Shown: one piece after another, positions 23,910-41,134 of the stretch | Numbering within the stretch: the first letter of the stretch is position 1 | Layout of the letters: each line of letters opens with the position of its first letter | Assembly (NCBI RefSeq): GCF_009914755.1 | Contig: NC_060934.1 | Length of the DNA stretch: 64,000 nt | Source: the human T2T-CHM13v2.0 reference genome, Homo sapiens | Direction: 5' to 3' (one strand) | The notes under the pieces: generated by a model | Told to the model about the DNA's origin: nothing | What the model saw: only the letters and a program-made list of their open reading frames with translations | Database searches by the model: none | Made by a program: the position numbers and the translations under genes

Positions 23910-26314
23910 TGCTATGGACTGAATATTTGTGCCTCCCTTAAATTCATATATTGAAAGTCTAACAAGGTAATAGTATTAGGAGGTTGGGCTTTTGGGAGGT
24001 GACCAAGTCAAGATGGCAGGACCCTCATGAATGGCATCTGTGCCCTTATAAAAGAGGCCCCGCAGAACTCACCCCCTTTCCACCATGTGAGGTTATAGCA
24101 AGAAGATAGCTGTCTATGAAAAAGGAGGCAGGCCCTCTCCAGACACTGAATATGCTGGCACCTTGATCTGGCCTTCTTAGCCTCCAGAAATGCAAAAAAT
24201 AAGTGTTTGTTGTTTATAAGTCCAGTTTATGGTATTTTGTTATAGCAGCTCAAATAGACTAAAACAGAAAATTGTTACTGAAAGTGGGGGTGCTGCTGTA
24301 ACAAATACTTAAAAATGTGGAAGGGACTTTGGAACTGGGTAATGGGTAGAGGCTGGAAGAGTTTTGAAGTGAATGCTAGAAAAAGCCTTCAGCCTGATAT
24401 CATGATTCATGATATCTAAAATGACAAATTATCCTATTAAAAATATCTTAAAATTGTATGTAGTGAAATATACAGATCTTAAGCATATAAATGAGGAGTA
24501 TTGACAAACCTGCATAACCAACAATCTAAATCCAGATACAGAGCATTTTCATCATCCTAGAAAGTTTCGTTCATTGCTGTGAATGAACCTTTAAAGGTGA
24601 TCCTGGTGAGGGCTCAGAAAGAAAGGATAACTATAAATAAAGTTTCAGTCTTCTTAGACAATACCTAAATAATCCTGATCAGAATGTTCGTAGAAATATG
24701 GATGATAAAAGCCATCTGAAGAGGTCTCAGACAGAGAAGAGGAACATATCATAAAGTGGCAAAGGATTTTGCTGAATTGTGTTCATATCTTAGTGTTCTG
24801 TGGAGAGTAAACTTGTGAACAATAGAACTGGATATTTGGCTGAGGAAATTTCTAAGCAAAGTGTTTGAGGATCAGCCTGGTTTCTCTTGATTGGTTATAG
24901 TAAAATGCAAGAAGAGGAAAATGATTTAAAGACAAAATTGTTCATCAAAAGGGAAGCAAAATTCAAAGATGTGGAAAATTCTCAGCCAATCCGTATTGTA
25001 AAAATGAGAAAGCATGGTCAGAAGAGAACACTAAGGATGGGGTCAAATGACTGCTAAGGAAGGAGATTAATCAGCTGTCTCAACAGAAGACAGGAGCTAT
25101 TGTTAAAGACAATGAAAATATGCAAACGAAGGGCCACTGGCAACCGCAGGACTTCAGTGTCCTACCCAGCACTGCCTCACATAGCAGGCTCCACTGCGCA
25201 TGTGTTTTAACACTCTGGAACTGCACTTCTTGGCTACCCCAGGTGTAGCTTTGGTGAGCCCTGGTTTGGTGTGGGCTGTGCCCCGTGGAGCCAGGGGGCA
25301 TGGATATCTCCACCTAGACTTCAAAGAAGAGGGTCTTCTGGCAGAGCCAAGAGCTTGGAACCCCAACACTGGAGAGCTGTAGGGCCTAGGCAGAGGACTC
25401 CCATAGGAGCAGGGCCCAGGCACAGAACTGCCACTGAGGTGGAGCTGCCTAGAAAACTGAGGGCTTGACTCCTGTTTGGAAGAGCCGTAGAGGCAAGAAC
25501 CCATCTTGGTGGGTCTTGAATGCAGAGCCCCACCCAGTAGGTCTAGAAGGTAGGACCTCTGCCCCAGCAGGCCTGGAGGGCAGAGCATCAAGCCAAAGAT
25601 GATGATTCTGAAGACTTAAGGTTGAAAGGCATTTGTCTAATTGGGTTTTGGACTGTCACTCTTTTCTTCTTTCTTATCTCCCCTTTTGGAAATGCAATGT
25701 CTATCCTATGCCTCTCTCACCATGACATTTTGAAAGCACATAACATGTTTGATTTTTGCAGGTTCACAGCTGGAGAGCAATTTGCCTCAGAATGAATTGT
25801 ATCTTGAGGATCACCCATAACTGACTTAGATGGTATTTAGATGAGACCTTGGACTTTAGACTTTCAAGTTGATGCTGCAACAAGTTAAGGCTTTTGGGGC
25901 TGTTGGGATAAAATGAATGTATTTTTTATGCAAGAAGGACATGAACTTCGGGGGGCTAGGGGAAAGAATGCTATGGTCTGTATGTTTGTGTCCCTCCAAA
26001 ATTCTTATGTTGAAATCCTAAACCCCAAGGTGATGGTATTAGTATATGAGGCCTTTGGGAGGTGATTGTGTCATAAGAGCAGAGACTTTATAAGAGAGAC
26101 ACCAGAAAGCTCCCTCTTCTTTTCTGTCATGTGAGGCTGTAGCAAGAAGATGGACATTTATGAACCAGAAAGTGGGCCCTCACCAGATACTGAATCTGCC
26201 AGCATTTTGATCTTGGATTTCCCAGCCTCCAGAACTGTGAGAGATAAGTTTATGTTCTTTATAAGCTACCAGGTTGATGGTATTCTATTGTAGCAGCCCA
26301 AACAGACGAAGACA
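23910..26314 (+). mobile_element. Complete MaLR provirus, MLT1A/MLT1A0: 5' LTR 23910-24266, internal 24267-25968, 3' LTR 25969-26314
   Basis: Two direct LTRs starting tgctatgg and ending in aca; internal starts gaaaattgttactgaaagtggggg-tgctgctgtaacaaatac (MLT-int); polypurine tract gggggctaggggaaagaa before the 3' LTR; TSD acaac/acaat. Confidence 0.93.
24407..24567. repeat. Templated insertion: copy of 19228-19397 inside MLT1A-int
   Basis: About 92% identical direct copy; MLT-int resumes on both sides (aaaaagcctt ... cattgctgtgaa); no poly-A. Confidence 0.95.
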
Positions 26315-26358
26315 ACAATGCAAGTTTGCTTCTCTCTCATGCTACATGTCAAATTTAG

Positions 26359-26688
<330 letters not shown>

Positions 26689-28119
26689 TAGCTGCACATA
26701 ACTTTAAAGGAGCAGGGAAGCAAATTTTAGAATACACTTGGGGGAGGGGTGTGTGTAAAGTTGGAAGATTTGTGAATGACCCTAATGGCTATACTGTCTC
26801 TTTGCAATTTTCACCAAACCAGCTTGGGCCATTTCAGCCACACTTTCATTTGGCAACACCTAACAGTCACATGTGCTTTTGCCAAGAACCATCATGCCTT
26901 TAAAATGGCCATTTGTCTCTTAGACATGTGGTCCTTGTTGTCTTCTTAAACTCTCATAACTAATAAGAATGGCAGCTCAGTCGGCCTATGTTCAACTCCA
27001 TCTTTTCTAGCAAAGATTTTAGTTTTAGGGCCATGAAGTTACATTTTAGCCAATGTACAAAGATGCGTTAAATGTAAAAAGTTTAAATTTTTCTCAGAAA
27101 ATCAAGACTATGTGCTTTCTTTGGCTTCTTATTACTCTTGGAACTTTCTTAAATTAATTAATGATTATAATTCCATACAAATTTTAATTCATTTGTGTAT
27201 TAGTTCAAGAAGCTCTTTCTACCATCCGTAATTGTCTTTAAATTTTACATTGCATATATGACAGAAGGATCACTGAAAGGCCAAACCTATTAATATGTGA
27301 GATGTGAGGTTCATATGTAAGTGAGCAAATTTTTCCACCAAAAAGAGCCAGAGTAAACTGCAAACCACACAGTGAGAAATGAAAAGATTTGAGGGTGTTT
27401 GGAAAAAGAATTTTAAATGTTAGCTTTGGCTTAATTATTTTAGTAGTACCTGTCCACAAAGCCCCCACTTCCTGGTTATAAGAACATGAATTTCATGGAC
27501 ATGTCCCTGACTGGCACTCCTGAGAATATCTGTTATTTGGGGTAGATAAGCCTTGTTTTGCCAGTCTCATACCATCTAGTTACAAACACTATTAATACAA
27601 GGATATAGAAAGAGGTTCATTTATAGAGAAAAGTATGCAACAGCTATGACATTTGTAGATTATATGTCAAGGCTAAAAGCTGACTCAAATTTTCATAAGC
27701 TCTCAGATAGCAGAATAGGAAGGAAAATTTGAGGGTAGTTTTAGGATTCCAAAGGCAATAATTCTTTGCCTCTAGTTGGCCATACCTATTAGTTAGCATC
27801 ATTTCAGACACCACAAAAATCACTGTCTTTTCTCCTCATAGTAATTTCTTAAGTAAAAATGCTCTTACATTCTCATAAATGCTCCCATCTTTCATATCAC
27901 CATGATAACCATCTTCTATCTGCCTTCCTTCTGCCACTGCTACAATAGTCAGGAGGTCACACATCTCTATGTTGTCACTGGTGTTTCCTTTTTTCTATCA
28001 ATAAAGAAGTCTACTTATGGACTTGATGCCATCATACTGAATCTATAAAATCTTTGCTTTATGAGAGTTCTCTTATTATGAGAAAATTAAGCTAGAAATC
28101 TATAACAGAAAGAAAACTA

Positions 28120-31940
<3,821 letters not shown>

Positions 31941-32029
31941 ACTGATAAAATCTTTACAAAGAAAGGAGTCTGAGCAACTTGAGATAGGGCAGGGGCTAGG
32001 ATCTGCTACCCAGGGAAAGAGTAAGAATA

Positions 32030-32082
32030 AGAACTTAAAAACTAAAATGATAATAGAACTTAAAAACTAAAATGATAATAGA
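32030..32082. repeat. Perfect 25-bp tandem duplication
   Basis: agaacttaaaaactaaaatgataat x2 + aga. Confidence 0.97.
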
Positions 32083-32211
32083 GATAAGAAAGCATGCATT
32101 GAAATCCTTGGGTTAACCTTTTTCTAACTGGGTCCTTTTGCACAAGCCCATTCATCAATTTGTAACCACTGTAATATTTTGTAAGATTTTTTTTTTATTT
32201 TAAGATTTCCA

Positions 32212-32591
<380 letters not shown>

Positions 32592-33286
32592 TTATAATTG
32601 CCATATTTGAATGCCTAGGGAAATTTAAGTTGTTAAATGATGTATTTGTAGTGTGAACTGAATACTTGGAGGGATGCTTATTTAATGTTCAAAGAAATGC
32701 TATTTGATATCTTTATACAATGAATAAACTGGACATTATCAAAGTACAAATTGTAAGACTATTATTTTCCCATGCATTAAAGCTTCTCAAATATGAAAGG
32801 ATTTATCAATAAGGAGAAACTGAGCATTCATAATTCTAATCACTATCATTTCAATACCATTTCTTGAGCACTTCTTTTGTGCACTTAGTAACAAGGCAGT
32901 TAATTCCCTCATAGGGCAGGGGTGGTCAGTACAAGGATGTCCTAGCATAGGTCGCTCCAGAACAGAGGTCCTCAACCCTGTCTTCATGTTGGCATCACCT
33001 TGGGGCTTTAACAAAATGTCAGTCTGAATGAGCTTGTCTAGGGTGAGACATGGACATCGGTATTTATAAAATACTCCTAAGGAGTTTCTAATGGGAATGG
33101 GGCTGTTAAAAGGTAAACTGCAGCATGGTATAATTTTAAAGAGTTTAATGGAGCAAGCAGCAATTCATGAATTTGGAAGTACTAATCCAAAGGTGGTTTC
33201 AGGCTGCACTGAGGAGATGCAAGGGAAAGGCTTTTTTAAATGGTGAATGAAGAAGTAAAGCAAAGGAAATGTTTGATTTGTTACAC

Positions 33287-33316
33287 TTATATACATACAA
33301 GTTATATACATACAAG
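33287..33316. repeat. Perfect 15-bp tandem duplication
   Basis: ttatatacatacaag x2. Confidence 0.95.
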
Positions 33317-33421
33317 TTGATATGCTACAGTTATAGAGTTGCCTTATTTGATTTATCCTGTTGGAAAGTTTCTCATTATATAATTGTCAGTGAGTTGACA
33401 GTTCTGATTGATTATCCTTAA

Positions 33422-33625
<204 letters not shown>

Positions 33626-34484
33626 TAGGCATTTACAAGAAATAGCTCAAGTTAAGCTTTGCTTACGTTTGTAAATCAAGCAAGGTTATGGTCACTTGTA
33701 AGGCCTCACTTATAAGTGACCTCATAATTTACTTCAGCACAGCTGAGAACCATGGCCTCACAATGTGAGGAGGCAGGTGGAAAAGGAATCAAGGAAGCTG
33801 ACTAGGAATCTGACTGTTACAGGAGAAGGAGGTTTGAGTAAGGCCTTGAAGGAAAGTTTGATTTTACAGGCCAAGAAGCAGGAGTGCAAGAGGAGACTCC
33901 TAGACCGCACCCACAAGAACTGCCTTCACAGCAGGTGCATGTCCCGATCTTTGGAGGCAGCATACTCCCTGGCATGTTCTCTCATAGGCACAAATCTCTC
34001 TCTGGATTCAGAAAAGTCCTGCTCAGCTCACGGGGCAGGGACATCTACCTAGGTCTGATCACCATGAGAAGGCTTTGAGGGCAAGCCACAGTCCTGTTAA
34101 AACCAAACGGTGGGGGCTCCAAGAATCTGTGTCCGGTGTCTGGTTTAGAAGGAGGCCAGCAGAGAACGCTGGGGACTTGGCCTTGTCTCTTGCTCAAGCG
34201 CGATGGGCCAGCTGATGGTCTGCAGTCTGCCACAGCTTGGAGGAGGCCTGGATGTGGGAAAGCGATGCATCAGCATTTGGGTGGAAGCTCTTCCGTTTTG
34301 TTAATACTCGTTGAAAACCTTTTAGTATCAGTCATTCTGATAGGTACAGGAAGACAATAGTGAATAGAACAAAGTCCCTGCACTCAAGAAAAAAGCCAGA
34401 TAAGCAAATGGTCACAATCCAATGGGATATGTGCACGGAGGAGGTAAATATGAGATACAAAGAGCAACTAGCTGAGAGTGGCAG

Positions 34485-34740
34485 AATTGTGGAGCAGGCA
34501 AGAACACACATTCTGGAGCAAGACTGCCTGGAAGTGTGAGCTTGGCTAAGCTGCTATACTTCTTTGGGTCTTGTCAGCAGCAGTAAAATGGGAATTAATA
34601 TTAAATAAAATGATAGGATATAGTATATTTATCTGAGGGTTTCTGTGAAGTATAGATGAGTTAATACATGTAAATTACTTATAATAGTGACTAAAACATA
34701 ATCGATACTGAATAAATGTCATATATTTATTATTATTATT
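34485..34740 (+). mobile_element. MIR SINE
   Basis: tctggagcaagactgcctgg..gtaaaatgggaattaata..gatgagttaatacatgtaaa..aataaatg..tattattatt tail. Confidence 0.75.
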
Positions 34741-34769
34741 TACAACCATTCCCAGGAAATCCAGGAAGC

Positions 34770-34975
34770 TTCCCAAAGGAGATGTGGGAGTTGAATTGCG
34801 AAGGGAAACAGTGGTGTTTTGGGTGCTGTTTCCGAATGGCGAGGGCATTCCAGGCAGGGGAACAGCATGTGCATAGGCCCAGAGATAGGAGGCAATGCAC
34901 AGTCTTCAGGGAAGCCCCTGCGATTTGGTAGAACTGGAGCAAGGCATGGCATAGATGAGGCCAAGGGCAAGAGTG
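34770..34975 (-). mobile_element. L2 fragment
   Basis: agggcattccaggcagggggaacagcatgtgcataggcccagag. Confidence 0.7.
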
Positions 34976-34982
34976 GAGGCCA

Positions 34983-35570
34983 TGTGAGCCCCAAATATCT
35001 GAGACAGGTCTCAGTGCATTTAGAAAGTTTACGTTGCCAAGGTTAAGGACGCGCCCACGACACAGGCTTAGGCGGTCTTGATGACATGTGCCCAAGGTGG
35101 TAGGGTGCAGCTTGCTTTTATACATTTTAGGGAGAAATAATACATTAATCAATACATGTAAGATTTACATTGGTTCCATCTGGAAAGGCAGGACAACTCG
35201 AAGCAGGGGTTTCCAGGTCATATGTAGATTTCAACATATTCTGATTGGCAATTTGTTGAAAGAGTCATCATCAATAGGAAGGAAATGTCTGGGTTACGCC
35301 AAGAGGTTGTGGAGACGTGGGTTTTATGCAGATGAAGCCTCCAAGTAGCAGGCTTTAGAGAGAAGACAGTAACTGTTTCTTATTAGGCTTAAGGCCTGTG
35401 TTGATATTAATGCTGGGGGAGGTTTAAAATGAGGCATATACAATCCCCACTTCCAGTCATGGCCTGAATCAGTCTTTAAAGTTACATTTTAGAGTGCCTT
35501 GGCGAAGGAGGAAGTACATTCAGATAGTTGCAGGAGTGGGAGGGTCTTTGAATTTTATTTTCGGTTTACA
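34983..35570 (-). mobile_element. ERV1 solo LTR MER4A1-like
   Basis: Reverse begins tgtaaaccgaaaataaaattc; gacatgtgcccaaggtgg, gcagatgaagcctccaagtagcaggc motifs; TSD gcca/gccc. Confidence 0.9.
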
Positions 35571-35993
35571 GCCCCAAGTGGAGGCTGGGGAGTATGCCCG
35601 TGGCCCCACTGGCCAGAGTCTGCTGATCCCCATTGAGTTCACAAATGTTCCCTTTTCAGGATATGCATATTCTGTGGACATTTAGCAACTCTGTGGTCTT
35701 ATGTTCACAGTTTTTAAAAAGGATCTTTTGTAATAATAGCTTGCATTTGAAGGACATTTTATTTAAATAAGATTTTAGTTTCATAAGTCGAGGCCCCAAC
35801 TAGGGTGCCTCCAACTTGGGTCCTTGGTCACCCAGGAATCTTGAATCAAAATTCTTCCAGAGACTAAATATATCCCGACCCATACTGGCATGTCTAAGGT
35901 ACAGCATGAGCTGCAGGATATATACCTCCATTCTCATGATAAATACATACACAAGCTTTTGAAACACGGTAGAGGCACCAGAGAGTGTGTTGG

Positions 35994-36173
35994 CAGGGCC
36001 TGCCTCACACATGGCGTTCCTTGTGCAGCCCTACTGTGCTCTATGCTTAGAAGAGCCCTGTGCTTGGTGTAACATGCTGTTATTGTGGTTTTGAAATTCT
36101 TAACTTTTGAGCAGAGGGCCCACATTTTGATTTTGCACTAGGCTGTGCATAGCATATTATGTAGTCAGTACTG
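35994..36173 (+). mobile_element. MER91A-like hAT-Tip100 MITE
   Basis: cagggcc...agaagagccctgtgcttgg..ttgaaattcttaa..cattttgattttgcactagg..attatgtagtcagtactg. Confidence 0.75.
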
Positions 36174-36184
36174 TAAGGGGCACT

Positions 36185-36310
36185 GACCATTAGCCTTTTT
36201 TCCTGATTGGCAGATGGAGAAACTGAGGTTTATAGAGCTGCCATCTTCCTGCAATGGGGAAGCAGCAGAAGTGGGGAAGTAGCAGAACCAGGTGAGGGCC
36301 AGTTTGGCTG
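36185..36310 (-). mobile_element. MIR SINE
   Basis: cagatggagaaactgaggtt. Confidence 0.55.
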
Positions 36311-37936
36311 ACCATCTTTTTATTGTGCATAGAGGTGGCCAAGTGCCATATTTGAATTTTTGAGAAATGCGTAAGTAATTTCCACAGTTTCCTTGATGTC
36401 CTCACTAGTAGAGCCCCTTTCTGGGGTTCCTGCTGTGGGTTTTTTGAGGCCTTTTTTCCAACAGCTATGGACTTCTCAGTACTTCCCACCTAGGAGTGAG
36501 GCTCCGGGACTGGCCAGCACCCAACCTGCTGAGTTATGGTCAGCTGGTCCTGGGGAGGGGAGAGGATGGAGCCAGCTGACCTACCCACTGGGGTGGTGAG
36601 TCGAGCCTGGATTCTAAGGCCTGCACTCAGGCTGCCATCCTGGGTGCCCAGAGCTGCTGCTATACCCACACATCGGGGCTAGGACCTGGGCTGCATGATC
36701 CACTCTACCAGGCCAATGCTTATGGTGAGGGCTGGCAGAGACCCTCTGCTCTCCCTGACTGTCCATTCCTAGAGCCTCTTCTCAGTCCCACACCCAGAGA
36801 CCTCTTCAGGGCAGCATTTATGAGGGCAATTTCATTTCACAGTGGGCCACCCCAAAGGAGTGACATTTACGGTGAGTTCCAGGCCAGATGAAGGAAAGGC
36901 CCCCTCCCACCATGGTTGCATAGCCAAAGCACAGCATCCCCACTGGGTAGCTGTGCAGCTGCTGCTTGCGTGGAGCTACTGAGGGGACAGCCTTCCCCCA
37001 GAACAGCCCATCCCACTCAGGGCAGCTCTGAATGTGAGACAGGCCTTCCTTGCTGTGCTGGTCTTCTGATATCAGGTTGGCTGGCCAGGACTACGTTTCC
37101 TGGTGCTCACCATCAGCTGTTTATGGTTAGAGTCAGCCACACAGAAAAGTCTTGGGAGATTGGAAAGTCGATGGGGAAATAGCAGCACACACCTATTGTT
37201 GCTGGTCTGGCGATTCACCCCAGTGGCATGAAGCCACAGCCAGGCCACCTTCTCTGCCTCCTGGCCCAGGTGCATGTGTTTAACCCTGTGAGGGAGAGTC
37301 CCTGCTTCTGCAGGACACCCTTGTCACCATGGTCAGAGGCAACAAGCATGGGCATGGTCTCCGCCATCCCTCCTGCTTGCGGGTTCCAACTTGCTCACGC
37401 TCTTCCCTTCCTGATGGCCTACTTCATAGACTTCAATCTCCAGCATCAGCTGTGGGGACCATAACCTTGCAGAGACCACTTAACAAAACCACCCCCAGGA
37501 CGACGTTAGCTCAATGCCCAACAACAAATCATCTATCTCTTACTGGGTCTGCTTCTCTTGGTAAATCCCAGTTGATGCACTCAGATTACACTGAACTTGA
37601 GTTCCTTTTGAATGGTCCCTGTGGGCCCCAACTTGAGCTCTGGGTGTCATAAGGAAGAAGCCTGTCCTCCCTCCACATCAGCACCTCAGATATCACCAGG
37701 CAGCAGCACCTCCCACTGTGTTTGCTCGTCTCCAGGTCAGAAACCCCTGATACCTTCAGGTGGCCTGGAGAGTAGAGCCCTTGCCATAGTGGATGCTCTG
37801 GTGTCCAGTCCTGGCTTCACAGCAGAACACCTGGAAGTGAGCTTCAGGGTCCAGGTGAGGTCTTTACTTTCTGAGGTCCTCATCACTGACCCTTCTGCAG
37901 GGCTCAGTCACAAGTGTCAAGGCCTCCTAGTTCCTG

Positions 37937-38077
37937 CCTCTTTTCTTTCCTTTCTCTTTCTTTATCTCTCTCTTTCTTTCATTGTTCTCCTTCCTTCCTT
38001 CCTTCCCTTCCTTCTTTTTCTCTTTCTTTCCTTGTCTATTTCTCTCTTTCTCTCTTTTTCTTTCTTTCCTTTCTCCT
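37937..38077. repeat. Degenerate (CT/CTTT/CCTT)n polypyrimidine tract
   Basis: About 140 bp almost entirely C/T. Confidence 0.95.
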
Positions 38078-40832
38078 GACTGCAGGAGAGAGAGTACAAC
38101 CACAGGAGAAAGCTAACCCACCCTGGATTTGTTTGGTTTTCTTCCCAGAGACTCAACACCAAGCCAGGCTGGAGCTCCCCTTTCTTGTTATTGCCCATCA
38201 GGCATCTCAGGCTTGGCAGGCTGTCTGCTGGCCTCAGCACTGCAGCTTCCATGGACTCCAGCTGCAATGAGATTGCCAAGGCCTGGAAGTGACACTGCTT
38301 CACTTAGCAGCCCCGTTCCCCAAGCCCCTTGCACTCAAGGCGGACACAGAGTGGAGCTACATTAGGTGGCTGAAGTTTTTCGCATGATTCTCTGTGGTTA
38401 ACTGGCTTCTGGAGTCACTGAACATTCCAGGACCCTCACCCCCTGGTCCCATGGTTCAGGGCTCTGGCAGGGGTAAAGAGAGGACTAGAAGTTGACTCTC
38501 TTTTTGTCTGTTTCTTCACTGCTCCCGTCCGAGACCTGAGGTTCTTTCCAGTGGCTTCGCTTATCTTCCCAGGGAAGTGATTCAGCCCCCAATTCAGGCC
38601 CTTTCATTACAATAAAAAGTCAGTGAGACTAATTCCTTAGATTCTATATTCCCACAAAAGCTAACTAACCTCCAAAACTCTGGGAAACATGAGCAGAATG
38701 CCAGCAGACCCCACCTCACCCTTGGTCCAGCCTGACTCCTTAGCTGTAGGGTTCCTGGCCACGTATGCACACTATTTACACTTGATAAGCATCCTCCCAC
38801 TCCTTAGTCCTATTATTTTATTGATTCTCATATCTTGGAACAAAGACCTCTTTCAAGACAGACAGTCCCAAGGAATCTCAGACATTTTGGGGGGCCCAGA
38901 AGAGAATGATTCAGAGGAGACTGAAGGCTTAAGGGTTGACTCATGGATGTTTAGTATTGCTACAGACACTGATCTTAGGTCAGGCACTGCTGGGAGCTTC
39001 ATTCGGGCTGACAGCGGCATTTATGAGAGCAAATGTCTGTCCCTGCGCAATTTCTGTGGGGATAGTTGCAGTCAGGTCTACAGGATTTGCTTAAAAATTT
39101 CCAAGACCTGGGTGTGTCTGACAGCCTGGACCTCAACCTCAAAAAGGAACTAGCTCCTCTCTGATTTCCTTGGGACACCTGGGAGCAAGCACAGGAGCCC
39201 ATGGAGCCACGGAGAGTGTCACTTCAAGCGCCTCCTGGGAGCTCTTGCAGATGCCAAGTGCTCTGCCCTTCCCCATTACCTGTGATTTCAAGTGGGCTTA
39301 GAGATTCTCCAAGATGTGAGATGAAAGGCCAAGAAACTAATTCCTCTGACTTCTTCAGAGAACCGCACAGTCTCTTGAGGTAAGATCTTCATGGAAGGCT
39401 GGGGATCTGGGATCTGGGAAGCCGTGAAGTCAGCATCCACTAATACGGGGCTTCTCCTGGAATCTGCCCCATGACCAGGGAATCAGGTGCGAGAACAGGC
39501 AGGTGACCACTTCTCCTCTTGGCCCCGCCAGGCCACCCGGGTTCCAGGGGACAGCAGGGTAGTAGCCCTGATTCTCCTTCCTTCCCCATCACCTCTCCTG
39601 TGTCTCTCCCCAAAATCCCCAGCCTTGGCCCTTCTGGAAGAGGAGCTAAGGATGTCCGAAGCTGACACCTCCCCCAGCCCCATGACCACACTTGGTTTGT
39701 TCCCTCACGTATCCAGAAAAAAAATGTTTTACTTAGCTTCTTCGCTCCACCACCCCCACCCGCCCCCACCAACCAGTGGCTCTCTCTTTATGAGGGCATA
39801 GTTTTTTTTTTTTGGAAAAATCTAGGTTTGAATTCAAGTTCTTCAATCTGCTAAGTAGGTGCCTTTCACAAGTAAATGATACCTTTGTGCTTTAATTAGA
39901 TGAAGAAAATCAGAGCCGTGAGGATGATGATAAAGGTACTTAGAAGAGACCAGGCACAATGGGGGTATGTTGTATATATATGACTCCCTTCCTTCCATGT
40001 TTGTCCAGCTAGTTCAAGCACAATTGCTCAGTGACTGTCTCCTCATGCCCCTGATCAGGGCACTTCTCTCCTGGAGACAGAGGGGGGCTGGGACTCAGTG
40101 AGCCCAAGCTGCCTGCTCACAGCCTCTTGCGTCCAGGACCCAAGCCCCACTGAAGTGCCCTTCCAAGGAGGCCATCAAAACAAACAACACAGCTCCTAAA
40201 GCAACTCTCTCATGAGCTGCTTGAGTTCCAAAAACAGCCTACCATGTTTCATAGGAAGGTTTATTCTGTAATGCAAGTTTGAGTAACACAACAGCCTCTC
40301 CCACCCCACACTGCTGTAGCTTATAATAAAAACTCAGGGATTTAAAAAAAAATTGGGTTGACATATTGCTATTCCTGACCCAACAAATAAATAACTAAAT
40401 AAATAAAAAGAGAGAGAGAAAGAAAGAGAAAATACAAGTGCAATTATTACCTAAGCTCAGGAGAAAGTCTGCAACTGTGTTTCTGAGTTAGCAGAATTTC
40501 TGGGTCATGATGTTTGTGGTCAGAGGGCACCCAGGGCCTCTGCAGGGCACGTCAAGCACTTTTCTGTGCCCTTGACTTCAATGAAAGAGAAAAAGGCAAT
40601 AAAGACCAGGAAGAGGTATGGTCAGATGCAGACGCCAGACACTGGGATGGCGTTTACAGCTGAACAGGCCCAGCAGGAGGAAATGAGGCCTGGGATCTAG
40701 CGTGTGTAGCTGCGGGTAAGTGACAGCCCGCCTCAGGCCCTCGGTAAAAGGAGTCTCTGTGACCCAGGTGTGTCCGGAGTTGGTTCCTGCCAGTAGGTTC
40801 GTGATCTCGCTGACTTCAAGAATGAAGCCGCG

Positions 40833-41134
40833 GGCTAGGCGCAGTGGCTCACATCTATAATCACAGCACTTTGGGAGGCCGAGGCGGGCGGATCATGAGG
40901 CCAGGAGTTCGAGACCAGCCTGTCCAACATGGCGAAACCCCGTCTCTACTAAAAATACAAAAATTAGCCAGGCGTCATGGTAGGTGCCTGTAACCCCAGC
41001 TACTCAGAAGGCTGAGGCAGGAGAATCGCTTGAACCCAGGAAGCAGAAGTTGCAGTGAGCCGAGATCACACCACTGCACCACTCCTGCCTGGGTGACAAG
41101 AGCAAGACTCCATCTAAAAAAAAAAAAAAAAAAA
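40833..41134 (+). mobile_element. Alu, AluSg-like, inside LTR12F
   Basis: ggatcatgaggccaggagttcgagaccagcc; poly-A tail; TSD aagaatgaagccgcg / aaaaatgaagccgca. Confidence 0.96.

Noticed and set aside
24407-24567. L1 3' transduction as the origin of the duplicate
   Set aside because: No poly-A/T tail and no typical 7-20 bp TSD, and the donor L1 family is far older than the roughly 8% divergence between copies.
24267-25968. MaLR internal gag-like ORF or domesticated gene
   Set aside because: Only short fragmented ORFs in either direction, and the region is interrupted by the insertion.
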